This document shows positions 1-11,848 of a stretch of 64,000 nt of DNA, in pieces. A model generated the notes under the pieces. That model was not told the origin of the DNA. It saw only the letters and a program-made list of their open reading frames with translations, and did no database searches. Position 1 is the first letter of the stretch; each line of letters begins with the position of its first letter. The DNA comes from Lepidodermella squamata. Taxonomy: Eukaryota > Animalia > Gastrotricha. Both the position numbers and the translations under genes were made by a program. The stretch is from contig JBLDXI010000003.1 of the NCBI GenBank assembly GCA_047495785.1, positions 124,001-188,000 on the forward strand. The letters are read 5' to 3'.

Positions 1-316
1 TAAATGACCCCCGACTATTCTAAATAGTTTTCTGGTATTTAGCGATTCGAAATTGTTTTAATTTTTATTCTAAATAACCGGCCGTGCTAAATAGCGAACT
101 TTTTTACTGTGCTATTTTAATTAATTGGTTATTATCTGGTTAATTTTTTAAAACAATTAATTATTAATTTATTCCTTATTAATTTATTAATAAGGAGAAC
201 TTTATTAATAAATTAATTATTAATTAAGTTTTAATTAATAAATTGGTGTTTTTTTAAGACTATTGTTTTATTTTAGCCATTTTATTGTTTAATGTTTGCT
301 TTTATTTTTCTGGCAG

Positions 317-915
317 ATATGGGCCGGCGACTAGGCATGCCGCAGCTGATCGACATTGCGGCGCAGGTGGCGCAGGGCATGGCGTTTCTCGAACAGGAGA
401 ACTACATCCACCGCGACCTCGCCGCCCGCAACATCCTGGTCGGCGCCGGCGGGCTCAACGTCAAAATCGCCGACTTCGGCCTCGCGCGCATGGTCAAGGA
501 CGACTCGGGCTCGGTGTACGAGCCGCGGCCCGGCACCCGCTTCCCCATCAAATGGACCGCCCCGGAGGCAGCCAACCGCAACGTGTTCACGGTCAAGTCC
601 GACGTCTGGTCATTCGGCGTCCTGCTGTCGGAAATCGTCTCGCATGGCCGCGTGCCGTACCCGGGCATGTCGAACATGGAAGTGCTGCAGGCGGTCGAGT
701 CGGGCTACCGCATGCCGATGCCGGCCTCGTGCCCGCCCAAACTCTACCAGATCATGCTCGACTGCTGGCGGCCGAACCCGGACGACAGGCCGACGTTCGA
801 GACGCTGCAGTGGCAGCTCGAGGAGTTCTACAACTCGGGCGCCGAGGCCGAGTACCGAGACTCGGCCGGCTTTTCGCTCGCCACCTTTCCGACCAGTGCC
901 AGTGGTTTCAGTTGA
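317..915 (+). CDS. Terminal exon of a Src-family non-receptor tyrosine kinase (Src42A/FRK-like); upstream exons lie outside the window
   Basis: Acceptor tttctggcag ends at 316. Translation contains [20 protein letters not shown], activation-loop [21 protein letters not shown] and PYPGM, then the tail [12 protein letters not shown]...EYRD with the regulatory Tyr. TGA at 913-915. Confidence 0.93.
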
Positions 916-2497
916 TCAATTGAACGCTATGAAATAATTCATCAAAGTCTTCCACACAATCTATTCATTACAAACTACAATAATAATGCTATTCTGACTG
1001 AGTGAGTGAAACAGCAAAATTCGCCATATTTGATTGGGGAAATTTCGAAAAAATCCGAAAAATTTATTTTCAGTGAAAATTTTGAAAAATGTGCGGTTTC
1101 ACTTATTTTTTTATTTGAAACTAGTTTGGCTGAAATTGAAAAATATTTGATTTGTTTCACTTAATTCCTAGTGAGAAGGATTATGGAGTAATTTTATGCA
1201 ATTTCGAAAATTCAATTTTATCGAATTTCAACTTATCGATTTTTTCTCAACAATAACAATGAATTAGGGTCTGAACGAATATTTTAAGACTGAACGAGAT
1301 TGAACGAATTTTCTCAAAATTTCAATTTAGAATTTTTGGGATTTTATGAGTAAAATTAAAAATTGAAGACATTCGGAATTCTTTAATTTAGGAAATTTTT
1401 CCCACATTCTCTGGTTCGATTTTTAATTTTGGATTATTTTTCGAAATCTCGAGCTCAAATTTGGCGAATTTTCCTTATATCCTGTTCTTCGAAGCAATGA
1501 TCCTTGAAAAATCTAAAATCCAGTATTCTTGACTCTTGAGGTGCGCTACTACTAATTATTGAAAAAAAATCTAGCTGGTTGTGTATGGTCGCCATCATCG
1601 ACGTTTTACTCTGTACTTCTCATTTCGATACTTATTCTCGACTCATCTGGTCCGTTGCTTTGATCGTTGCTTCACTCCTCCTTGTTTCTGTTTTATGCCC
1701 TCGCTTAACCTTGCTTTTTACCACTCTTTGCTGTTTGTTTCGCCCTTTTACTCGAAGACGACAGATGAAAATCAGGTTTTATTTACATCATGATTAATTT
1801 TTTTTCGATTAATTTGAGTCTGCTGATTGATGACAATTTTTTTCTTTTCTGTTTCTGCTCTCGAAGAAGATGAGTCTCAGCGCGCGCATGTTCAGACAAG
1901 ACGGGTCGTGTTATTTTTTGTACAAAAATTGAAGTTGTAAAGAGCCAAATTGCATTGTTGCAGCGTTTTATTTTCCCGCCCGCCCGCCCTTTTCAATCAA
2001 TCAGTTTTATCTCACCCCCGTGACTACTATATCTATTATCTACATCGTGTATTGCCGTTGAGCCAAGCAAATTCAATAGTTGACCTTGTTCTTCCAGTTC
2101 TTCACTGAAACTACCCAGTTTGTCGCCAAACTTGATAATAATTGTTGTCGTTTTTTGCTCGCTCCTGTACAGAATTTTGCAGCTCTCGCGCAACGAATCA
2201 CGGAAATATTTGCAATTTCACTCGATTTGAAAATATTTAAAATCATGGAACTTCGATGAAATTGCAAATGTATCTCGCTGAGTGCGATCGTTCTGTCAAC
2301 TACTCGACTGAAAATGATTCATAATAATATTATGTACTTCATGATTATTTAATAATTTAATTGATATTCTCAAGTGAATGAATGATGACATTTTTGCAAA
2401 AAAAATCACGGAGAGAAATGAAGAGCCATTTCATTCAGGTGTTGTCTTTTTTCCTGAGTTTCTCACAACTATTATTTTCCTAATTTTTTCTAGCGAA

Positions 2498-5400
2498 ATG
2501 TTAGTTGATTTGAGAGCAGCTCGGCTTGAAGTCGAACGCCGCCTGCTGACTGCGACTGCGAGTAGCCCGAGTGCGGCCGATGAAGTCGCGGCCTTCGTCA
2601 GTTCGACCGGTCTCACGGCTGATGAGACAAAAAACGTGGTTGACGTGGCGGCGAAGGGCGCCCTTGGCAATGAACTCGCCGCTTCTGGCGCTAATATCGA
2701 GCGATTGCGAGCTGCGGTTGACGCGGAACTCGACGCATTGGCGCGTCTCGTCGCTAACGGCTCCTGTTCACCCCTAACTCTAGCTAATTTACTCACAGGT
2801 GAATATTTCAGCTGCACAAAAATGTTCGAAATGATGGAGCCTCAAACTTCGTTTGTTCACAAATTCAAAAATTGAGTTGATTACAGCGGCGCTTTTCATG
2901 TTGATTTTTGGAATTTTTGGCCGAGATGAAAGGATATTTATAAGAATTTCAAATTTTCTCAAAAATTGAGTGCTGGAAACCCGTTAAGCGGATCGCCGTT
3001 TAGATTTTTCGGTAATTCCTGTAGAATTTTCGGGATTTCTAATGCTAAAATTTGGGGAAGAGCGACAGCTTACAAAAATTGCAACCTATTTTGTTCGCCG
3101 TATTTTCTAAAATGACGCAAAATTTATCTTTATTTAATTCTAATTTCAGAATTATTCGAACAATCGTCCCTCGGCGCGTGTCAAACGTTGTTTTCAGTCG
3201 TCGAATCTCGAGCCGCGCTGTGGCGGTCTGACGCGTACTTCGAAGCGTGCAAAAACACGCTCCTGCGAGCGTGCAATGACCTGCTGAGACGCGCCTCGAA
3301 ATCACTCGACACCGTTTTCTGCGGGAGAGTGCAGCTCCTACTCGCTCGGCTGTTCCCACTCGACGAAAAGTCCGCGCTCAACCTGATGGGCCAGTTCAAC
3401 TTGGAAAATCTGACCATGGCCAGCAAAACGCCAGACCACGCTGATGCCGAGTTGTACGCGAAATTCTGGTCTCTGCAGGACGTGTTTCGCAACCCGAATG
3501 CGCTGCTAGGCGCGCCGGGCGTGGAGAAATTCGAACATTTTGCGGCGACAACCAAATTTGTTCTCGGCGTTTTCGCAACTCTGCCGCTTGACGACGACGC
3601 GGCTGCCACGGCTCCAACAGATTTGTCGTGAGTCTCTTTTTCAAAATTTTTACGTTTCTGAGTTACTTACTGGAAAGTTCAAGTTTCAATTCTTTCGCCG
3701 ATTTTGTGAAACCACTACAGCGTGTCCCATATGTAAGGCAAGCAAAGAAATACTCGGAAATAAGTTCAGAAACTCTAAAATGAGAGACGAAGCCGCATCT
3801 CATGGTCAGAATCTTTTTTGAAAAATTCAAAAAATTACCAGGATATTGACCTAGTTTGACACTTGTTAATGGGATTAAAAAAGTCCGGAGAAATTAATTC
3901 AAACCTGGTCAAATACCGAATATTACCGAACCAGTTACCATCGGGTTTTTGCGGGGTTACTCGCGGATAACAGATAGAATTTGTTCTCTGTGGGTTCAGT
4001 TTGATAAAATAGTTGAATCTCCTGCAAAGAGTTGCCAAATTAGGAAATGGTTGCGCAACTTCTGGGACACCCTCTATGCTTCATCATGGAATTCCTATTT
4101 TTGTCTTGAGACTAATACACTATAGTGTATTAGTCTCAAGATTTTTGTACTTGGATCAGTAGGTATCGGTTTCAACTTTTACCAGTTCAGAAGAATTACT
4201 ACGGAAATGAACGGTTTTCACTCCGTGATAGTTTCCGGAATATCTTTTTGCCGAACCAAAGTCGAAATATGTCAAGAGTCATTTTTTTAATATTTTACGA
4301 ATTTTACGAATTTTAGGCTTAGCATGAATTTTGAACCGAACATCTTATAGAAAATGTTGCGCTAAATTCAGTGGTGAATTTCCTAGAATTATTGAAGCCA
4401 ATCTTGACCTTGGATTAACATCCGAAAATCGATTTCAGGCAACTAGAAAAGTCTAAAATTTGGTTCCGCTAACAGGAAGACCAGATAGTTTCCCCCAAGG
4501 TCGCTTTTTGATGGGTTTAAAGAGTTTTCTTCTGACAGAGACAATTTGAGGTGAAATTGAAAACCGAAAATTGATACCACTATAATTCCATATTTTAATC
4601 GTCGATATATATATCTCACCATAATAGAAATCGATCAAAATTTCGATTGAATATTTATGTTTTTGTTGTGTAGCAACAACGCGTCGATTGGCTCTGAGCA
4701 AGTGTTCTTCTCGAAATACCTGACCAATGAAAAGCTGCTGGACCTGCAACTCGCAGACGCCACCGTCCGGCGCTGCGTGCTGCTGCAACTGCTCATCACC
4801 CTGCAGTACCTGCTGACGCCAGCGAAAGCGAAACAGGGCCAGTCGCTGACGGCCGATTCGGAACGCGTCGCGCGTGAGTTGGGCGAGGCGGCCCTGGCGC
4901 AGTTGCGACGCACGCCGCCGCGGGGCGAGCATTTCGCCACGGCTGTCCAGCGCCTGTTGACCTCGGAGGAGGCGTGGTCGCGCTGGAAAAACGACGCGTG
5001 CCCCTCATTCGTGAAAGCCGCTGAGCCGCTGGTTGCGAAGCGCCTGCGCCGCAAACGCCCCCTAGGTAAGCGAGTCCTAATTTAGGCTTAGAAATGGATC
5101 GAAAAATGTGGTGGTATGCATTTAATTCCGCAAAAACCGGCGCTTTCGACGTTTATTTTTCACGTCATTGTCATTCGAAATGGATTGGTTCTGTCGAGGG
5201 TCTCCGGGGTTTGATCTCAAGAGACAGAGGATAGAGCAAGCTAGTCCTAATGCTTCAATGTTTCGATTTCTTCCACACTGGGTAACAGAGGCTTTGGCCT
5301 GGTTGAATAGTGCCAGTACCAGCTTTAAGACTGTGGCTGTGTAGTACAGATGGATAATATGGTCATCTTTGAATATTTTTCGACAGTTCGTTTTGCTGAA

Positions 5401-7791
5401 AAGTAGATGATGTCAACGAGAATACTGCAAATGCTCCGTTCACCAGGCCGACCTCAGTCCAAATATTCGACGTCAACATGACATGCTTGATTGAAGCCTT
5501 TCGATAGAAATGGGACATTTTCTAACCCACCGGCCTTGTCAGAATTTGCGTCATCAGCATCAATACGGGCGACAGACTTGCCACTCGAGCATAGCATTTT
5601 CGAATTTCGCCTTTTGTCCTACGTCGACCTTTTGGTAGTCTGACTGGTCGAGGAACAGTTAGTTGTAGCCAATCGGAGCTAATTGAGCCCAGTCCCCCGT
5701 CATTATGAATGATTTATTAGCGGATTTGGCAAAGGTCAACAGGAAGCCCCTCATGGCCGAAAGTAGGCTTTAAAACCAATTTTGACAGAGGTAAAAACTA
5801 AAACGCGAATAAGGTTAGTTGCTAAGTAAATTTAAGAGTGGGATGATTGTTGTGCCACAAAGCGCTCGGTTTTATCAAGCCGTCTTCGTGCACCTCCAGC
5901 TGAGCTTGGCAACGCTAGGCGGTCTTGCCTTTACCTTGTTGCAGAATCGAAACGATGCTTGAAAAAGCGATCTCCATGAAACATTCGTTCTTGTTCTACA
6001 GGAGCTCTCGCGGCTCCAGGTCTTGGCGTCGTCGCTTTTCATCATCGGCCGAGATTCGAGTAACTCATGAAACTTGATTGTTTGTTCGCCTTCACTCGAG
6101 CTAAATCGGTAGTCGGCATGGCGAAGATGTTCATCGATGAGAATGCGACGAATAATCTGAGAAATTAGATCAAAGCTGCAGTGATGAATTTTGTTAGCCG
6201 GTTGTAATACGATACTAGGCCGAATTCGTCGTACTCGCTTAACAGATCGTCATCTTCGAGAAACAGACCAATGTGTTTAGCTGAGTCGATGCTCATGGTA
6301 ATATGTCTTTGGCCACATGTTTTCCCGAAACGCCAAACGAAATGTTTGTAGCCCGCATCCAGTTGCTGAGTAGTAGAGCCTATAGGAAACATCCACTAAA
6401 CGATGTATATCCTAATCACCTTTTCGAAATTTAAATGCGAATTCACTTTTCATTTTTAACTTGAAATCGTAGAAATCGTTCGAAATTTAGAAAATGGCTC
6501 TGCTAAAAATTGATTAAAATTGTTTCCTGATTCACAACTCTCCTAACGAGCATACTTTTTACACTACTTTCATCAGTTGAGCCAAATTGTTATTTGAAGT
6601 ATGTTCCAACATGCGTTTTTGCTCATTTTAGGCGACGAACTTGCCGCTGCGACTTTGGCGAACAAGCCGGCGAGACTGGGCGCCCCCGAGCTCAACCGGC
6701 TGTTCGCGACAACGTCAGCCGCCGGCGCCGGTGCCGACAACTTGCCGGTGTGCCGCGCGGCCACCGCCCAGCCGGAACTGCGCGACTTCTTCACGGAAGC
6801 CGTGCGGCAACTCGAGCCCGGGCTCGGCCTCGAGGAGTCGGCGAAACAGCACCGCAAGTCGGAGTGGCAGTGGCGCGCACTGCGCCTCCTCGCCTCGGCC
6901 GGCCCGCAGTTCTTCGCCAGCGGCTCCGATGGCGGCAAACCGTCGGCGCCCGCGAAGAAACTCGCCATGGCCGTGCCCGACTTCCTGGAGCTGCAAATGC
7001 GAGCTCTCGCGCCGTCTCTCGGCATCAAACTCAACGATCCGGTAAGCTTTGGATTAACGTGGGAAGAACTGAGTTCAAGATTTTCTCCTCGGAGGGGGCT
7101 CCCTAAGGGAAAACTCAACTAAATCGCTTGAAATTCTGGCGGTTTCACCAGAAATAATCTTTTCATGCACGGCTCCTGCACATTTTTGATGGCGTCCAAA
7201 TAAGCATAAACTGAGTTGAAGAAGAATCCAGTTTTTGCATGTGATTTTCTAGAATTTGTGACGCATTCTTTCGTACATTTTCAGGTTGCCCAACCTGCGA
7301 AAGCACCTCCCGCCGCGAAAACTGCCGAGCCGGCCGCCGCCGTCGTGAAGAAGGAGGAGGCTGTCGAAGCTGCGGCACCTACAGCAAACTCCCAGCAGCG
7401 GGACGACGCAATGGAGGCTGATGGCACGCTGGACGAAGCGCCGGTGGACGATAACGACAAGTCGATGGTGAAGGACGAGCCGGTTGCCAAGGACCAAGGG
7501 CCGTTGCTAGGCACGCACAAGGCAGCTGTGGCGCTGCTGATCTCAGCGCACTGGCAGACGCTGGCGAAACAGCTCGCCTTCGACGAGGACGAGGTGGCGT
7601 ACTTCGAGACGCAGGACGCGGGCGACAAGGCGAAACAGGCGCAGCGCATGCTCGAGCTGTGGGAGGAGCGCGAGACCGATTTCGGCAAGAAGCCGGCCCT
7701 GCCGTTGTCGAAGCTCGAGGCGGAGCTGCGGCGTTGTGCTGGCTGCGAGTCAATCGCCGACCGCCTCAAACAGCTGCCCGGCGTTGCGTGA
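2498..7791 (+). CDS. THOC1: THO complex subunit 1 (Hpr1/p84) with C-terminal death domain; 5 coding exons
   Basis: Exons 2498-2798, 3150-3627, 4674-5065, 6632-7041 and 7285-7791, all GT-AG and in frame. Motifs FCGRVQLLLARLFPLDEKSALNL..QFNLEN, YAKFWSLQDVFRNP, FSKYLTNEKLLDLQL.D...RR..LLQ, WKNDACPSF and WRALRLLA match THOC1. The last exon has the death-domain pattern W..LA..L.F...E....E.......QA.RML..W. Confidence 0.93.
3913..3967. repeat. Dispersed repeat fragment; similar copy at about 17786-17840
   Basis: ataccgaatattaccgaaccagttaccatcgggtttttgcgg compared with ataccgataactaccaaaccagttaccattgggttttccggcgg. Confidence 0.6.
4104..4141. repeat. 38-bp perfect palindrome in THOC1 intron 2
   Basis: tcttgagactaatacacta|tagtgtattagtctcaaga is its own reverse complement. 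Confidence 0.9.
5400..5990 (-). mobile_element. Decayed transposon coding remnants in THOC1 intron 3 (PIF1/Helitron-type helicase motifs and a FLYWCH-like fragment)
   Basis: Minus strand, broken by stops and frameshifts. FIMTGDWAQLAPIG (~5712-5668) matches the PIF1 GDxxQLxPV motif. AGGLEN... followed by VMLTSNIWTEVGLVNGA (5482-5432) matches PIF1 VML..N....GLVNG. RCQAQLEVHEDG......WHNNHP (~5915-5840) resembles the end of a FLYWCH finger. Confidence 0.65.
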
Positions 7792-7983
7792 TAACAACTT
7801 TGTTTTATAATTTGAAATAGTTGTAATGTTGCAATCTGGAATAAAATCGCTGTTTCCTACTAGAATTGACTTGTTACATGGCGTTCTAACAATAGGGATT
7901 TCTGTTTTAGCGCGAGCTGCAAAGGCTAGAGGGGCGTGTCTATTACTCAGATCTCGTGACTTATCGTAAGTTAGCTGGGCTAT

Positions 7984-8724
7984 AACATAACATAACATAA
8001 CATTTTCTTTATTGTTCAGCACTTTTGACATTAAAAGAACAGTAAAAAACAAAATTAGAAAAAACAACAAAAAGGCGTGCTGAAAATAAAAATCACTCCG
8101 GTGTACACACCCTGCCGGACAGGTCACGGTGGTGACCTCGCAAGCAGAGCGCGTGTCGGAGGAGGACCAGTCTAGGGGACCGATCCTAGTCAACCCGAAA
8201 TCATTTTTCATCAGTAATACAAAATATGCAAAAACCCTCGAGAAGAATCAGATTCATCACCCCAGACTATGAATTTTCAGCCTCCACTCATTTCTGTCCT
8301 TCGCTAGATCATCTGCATCCTCTAAATTTTGAATTCCCACCCGCCCCAAATTTTTCTTAATACAGTCGAGCCACCTTAGCTTAGGTCTGCCTCTAGGACG
8401 TTTCCAACCCTCCGGCACGTTCCAATACCGTACTCGGTGGGTTAGCCGTTCGGGGTCCATGCGAGCAACATGGCCGTACCACCTAAGTTGATGTCTTGCT
8501 AATACTATCGAAGATAATTTTTGAGTTTCACATTTCTCTCTAATATAATCATTCCTAACTCTGTCTCTCAGAGTGACACCGCAAATGCTACGTAGGCATC
8601 GCATCTGACAAACGTTCAGTCGCCGTTCATCCTCACTGGTCATCGTCCAATTTTCACCCCCAAATTTCGCAACCGGTTCTACTGTACCTCGAAGACACTT
8701 CATTTTTACGCTAATAGGAATAGA
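7984..8724 (-). mobile_element. 5'-truncated non-LTR retrotransposon (RTE-like LINE 3' end)
   Basis: ORF 8703-8257 has the RT C-terminal motifs QMRCLRSICGV, QLRWYGHVARM and RPRGRPKLRWLD. Tail (ATGTT)4 at 8003-7984. Flanking 12-bp direct repeat tagctgggctat at 7972-7983 and 8725-8736. Confidence 0.9.
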
Positions 8725-9142
8725 TAGCTGGGCTATGACTTTGATTTTTGATTTTTAAACGCTAGAGATTTCCGATACTAACGTGGGGCCGAAGGCAGAG
8801 CTTTTTGTCCTTTTTCGTCACAAGTACTTGAACCTAGTTTCGAACGGTATCCTTTGAGGTATTCAGAGCTTAACTGCTCAACTGAGCCAAATTGTTCCTC
8901 TATTCAGAATATGTAATAAAACATTCAAGCACCTGACGTAACTTGGAAGCTGAAGATGTGAAGGTTCACAGAGAGTAAAAGTTGATGATCTTTCGGCTTT
9001 TTAGGTCATTTAAAACTTTCCCTGAATTTCCAGTAGGTGATTTAAGTAACATTAACAGCAGGATACATAAGTCTAACAAATAGGTATTTCATAATGACTT
9101 TCCAAATGAAACATGTATTTATTGGAATAAAAAAACCAATAT

Positions 9143-10150
9143 TTAACCGGAAGCTGCGTTAATCACCGAATTAATCCAAGGCATAAAGCTGCACAGGCGA
9201 GTGAAAACACTCGGTCCTTTCATGGCTTTGTAACAAAGTCCGCCGTTTGCCACTATTCCCATCTGCACGAAATAGCCGTCTCGAACACAAGCGAGCGGTC
9301 CACCTGAATCTCCAGAGCACACCGCCTGCGTCTCAGTGCCAGCACACACGGCATTTTCGAAAATGTAAGAATCTAGAATGTAATTGGCGCAATCTAATGG
9401 TGACAGCAGACTCATCATAGTCGCTTGCATGTTGACGGGCTGGGATACATTATCGGACAAGCCCCATCCGGTGACAATTACCGCCTCGCCAGGTTGACAC
9501 GTGTCATCGCAAGACCGCGGCAAGCAGATTGGCTGGATGTTCCACGAGGTGAAAGACAACGGCGAGCTCAGGCGAATCAGTGCTACGTCGTTTATTGAAA
9601 TGTTCTGGTACAAAGTGTAGTTTGGATGAACGGTGATTGTTAGCGCACTTCGAGTTGTTGATCGACTATTGCGATTGCTCGAGCCGAAAGCCATGGAGAC
9701 CCCGGAGGTTGACGTCAGGCTTCGGACACAATGGCCGGCTGTTAGTACGTAATTTGCCGATATTACGGACGCGCCGCAAAAAGCTTGCGGGGTAGTGAGA
9801 GAAACCTGCCACGGAAATTCGTTCGGTAGGGCCTGTTACATATTAATTGTTTTCTTGAGAACTTTATGATCTGTGGTAATTTTATTAATTACATCTCTGC
9901 CACTGATGATGCCGAGTCCCCGCGGAGTTTCGCCAACGTTGTAATAAGAGCTGTGGCCACACGATCCATTTATCGAAGCCTTCGCTGGCGTAGCGTTGTA
10001 ATTGGGAATCAACGCCGTCAATGGTTCCATTTTACCTGGCGCTGGTCCTGATTGACAAGCCTCAGCGTCATCTTCGACGAAAATGACCATTGCAAGAAAT
10101 AAATTGAGAAAAGCGAGGATGCAGCATCTTGCCAAGCTTTGTAGAAGCAT
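9143..10150 (-). CDS. Secreted or membrane-anchored S1A serine protease, non-tryptic specificity predicted; 2 exons, ~315 aa
   Basis: Exons 10150-9893 and 9832-9143. Hydrophobic N-terminus, CG...IISG, EFPWQVS and FCGAS. Catalytic triad TTGHC / NDVAL / GDSGGP is intact. Confidence 0.88.
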
Positions 10151-10712
10151 AGCGTGTAAAATGGAACTAGGTCAGCCTTTTGCCGCCTGCAAGCTGCAAG
10201 TTTCAAATTTATATTTGAGAGAACTTCGGTAATGCTTTAGTAAGTAACTTGTAATGTTTTCTGAACTTTACTACAGCTTTTCTTAATTGGTGCTCGTCAA
10301 GTATAGTAATTCTGCATCGGTGACTTGATGATTGCGGCAAAAAATACGTTAGAACATGTGTTCACGAATACCTTCGTTGTTGGTGCAAGTGTAACGTGTA
10401 CATAATAACTTGGAGTTTTTGCAGTTCTTTCACGCAGGTAGAACGTTACTCGATGTGGCTTTTCTATTGCTTTTCTGAAATTGTTGAAGTGATGAGGGAT
10501 AGTAGATGAAAAAATCGATACACTAACCAATCACTCACGCTTTCCCATTCATAACAAGTTATTAATTTCTATTACGCTCTCTACCAACAAGATTTAGATG
10601 GTGTTAATGCAAAATTCAAGCTTCAATATCCATCTGCTTTGAACGGCCTTTTAATTTCTTATTCTTATTAATAGTTCCACTTCAAATCGGTCTTTTCATA
10701 TTTCTGAAAAAG

Positions 10713-11351
10713 TATTCTACCAACTGCTGTGGGCAGCCATGGTATAATCAAGAAGATTCAAACTCCGCGAAATGCGATGGGAGCTTGCTTTCAATTGCAG
10801 CAACAACCAGCCTGAAATGTCCTCACTTCTTCGCGAACACCCCTGATATTTTGCGCCATTCAACCTTGATTATCGAGTTTCCTCGAATGAACTGTAAAGC
10901 AGCTGCCAATTATGTTGGAATTTACAGCGGAATTTTCGGTCAATTAGAAATGCGTGCTTTTGATCGGAGCTTCTACCACTTTGCGCCAGCCGATGCGTTA
11001 CCTGGGACAAATTTGTTCAACCTTACTACCAGCTCGGATACCATCCTGGATCTCCACCGGATTGCTGAGATATTGAGATCAGGAGGCGAAACAATCTTCC
11101 GATGCGGATCAATCACTCAGGTTTGATAAAATTACTGGATTCTACAGCTCCAAGGTTTTTGTGACGCCCCATTGTTTTGATTACAGATCAGCCAATGGCT
11201 GGGATATAAACTGGCCTGGAGCGATGATTTCATTTTCAGCCACGAACTTATGGATCGTGTTCGAAACCTGACAGCACCATGCTGGACTCGTTCCACTGGA
11301 CCGAGGAACTTGGTAGCTGGTGGCTCAACGATGATTTTGAATTTTCAATAA
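10713..11351 (+). CDS. Possible orphan spliced coding region; 5' end not found
   Basis: Open frame 10713-11120 (STNCCGQPWY...CGSITQ), donor CAG|gtttga, acceptor ttacag at 11186, in-frame exon 11187-11351 ending in TAA. No family recognised. Confidence 0.35.
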
Positions 11352-11848
11352 AACTATGCCATACATACTTGAATCTTTTGACTTCATTCAACCATGATTC
11401 CACGCATGATTCCACGACGATTCCACGATATTGTTGATTTTTCTAGAATATTCTTCAGTTCAACAAAAGTCCGCTAACCTGTAAATGTTTGAAGCTCCTA
11501 CGGCCGGACATCCTGAAATTGGGATATTTCATTACGCATTACGCTTTGCATTACGTCATATGCTTACTGGCTGTTCGCTCCATTTCCGTGATTTTTCAAA
11601 GCCTAAAAACAGGCCGCTCTTATAGAAGTGTGGGCAAACTAAAAACACAGTTCTTAATGCGATGTAAAACTCCCATCCGCCTCCATGATCCAGACAATTC
11701 AAAGAGTTAAGTGATCCCGTGATTTCACGCCTTAAAAGCATATTTTCGATTGCTGCTCTGAGTAGAACGCCACACATTCCTTAACAATTTATGAGCGAGA
11801 ACACTAGGATTTGAAATTCGAAGCTGTTAAATATCATTCGACCCGGTT

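Noticed and set aside
1-111. Possible TIR end (tttttactgtg) at the window start
   Set aside because: The other end lies outside the window, so TIR and TSD cannot be verified.
285-937. Overlapping long ORFs in alternative frames over the kinase exon (likewise over the THOC1, Kv and SPFH exons)
   Set aside because: Shadow ORFs caused by GC-rich codon usage; no motifs or splice support.
1971-1980. E2F-like site ttttcccgcc upstream of THOC1
   Set aside because: The same 10-mer occurs at ~36691 with no obvious target, and a single short motif is not enough evidence.
2480-2500. Splice acceptor 4 nt before the THOC1 ATG as a sign of spliced-leader trans-splicing
   Set aside because: Equally explained by an ordinary 5' UTR intron; not testable from this window.
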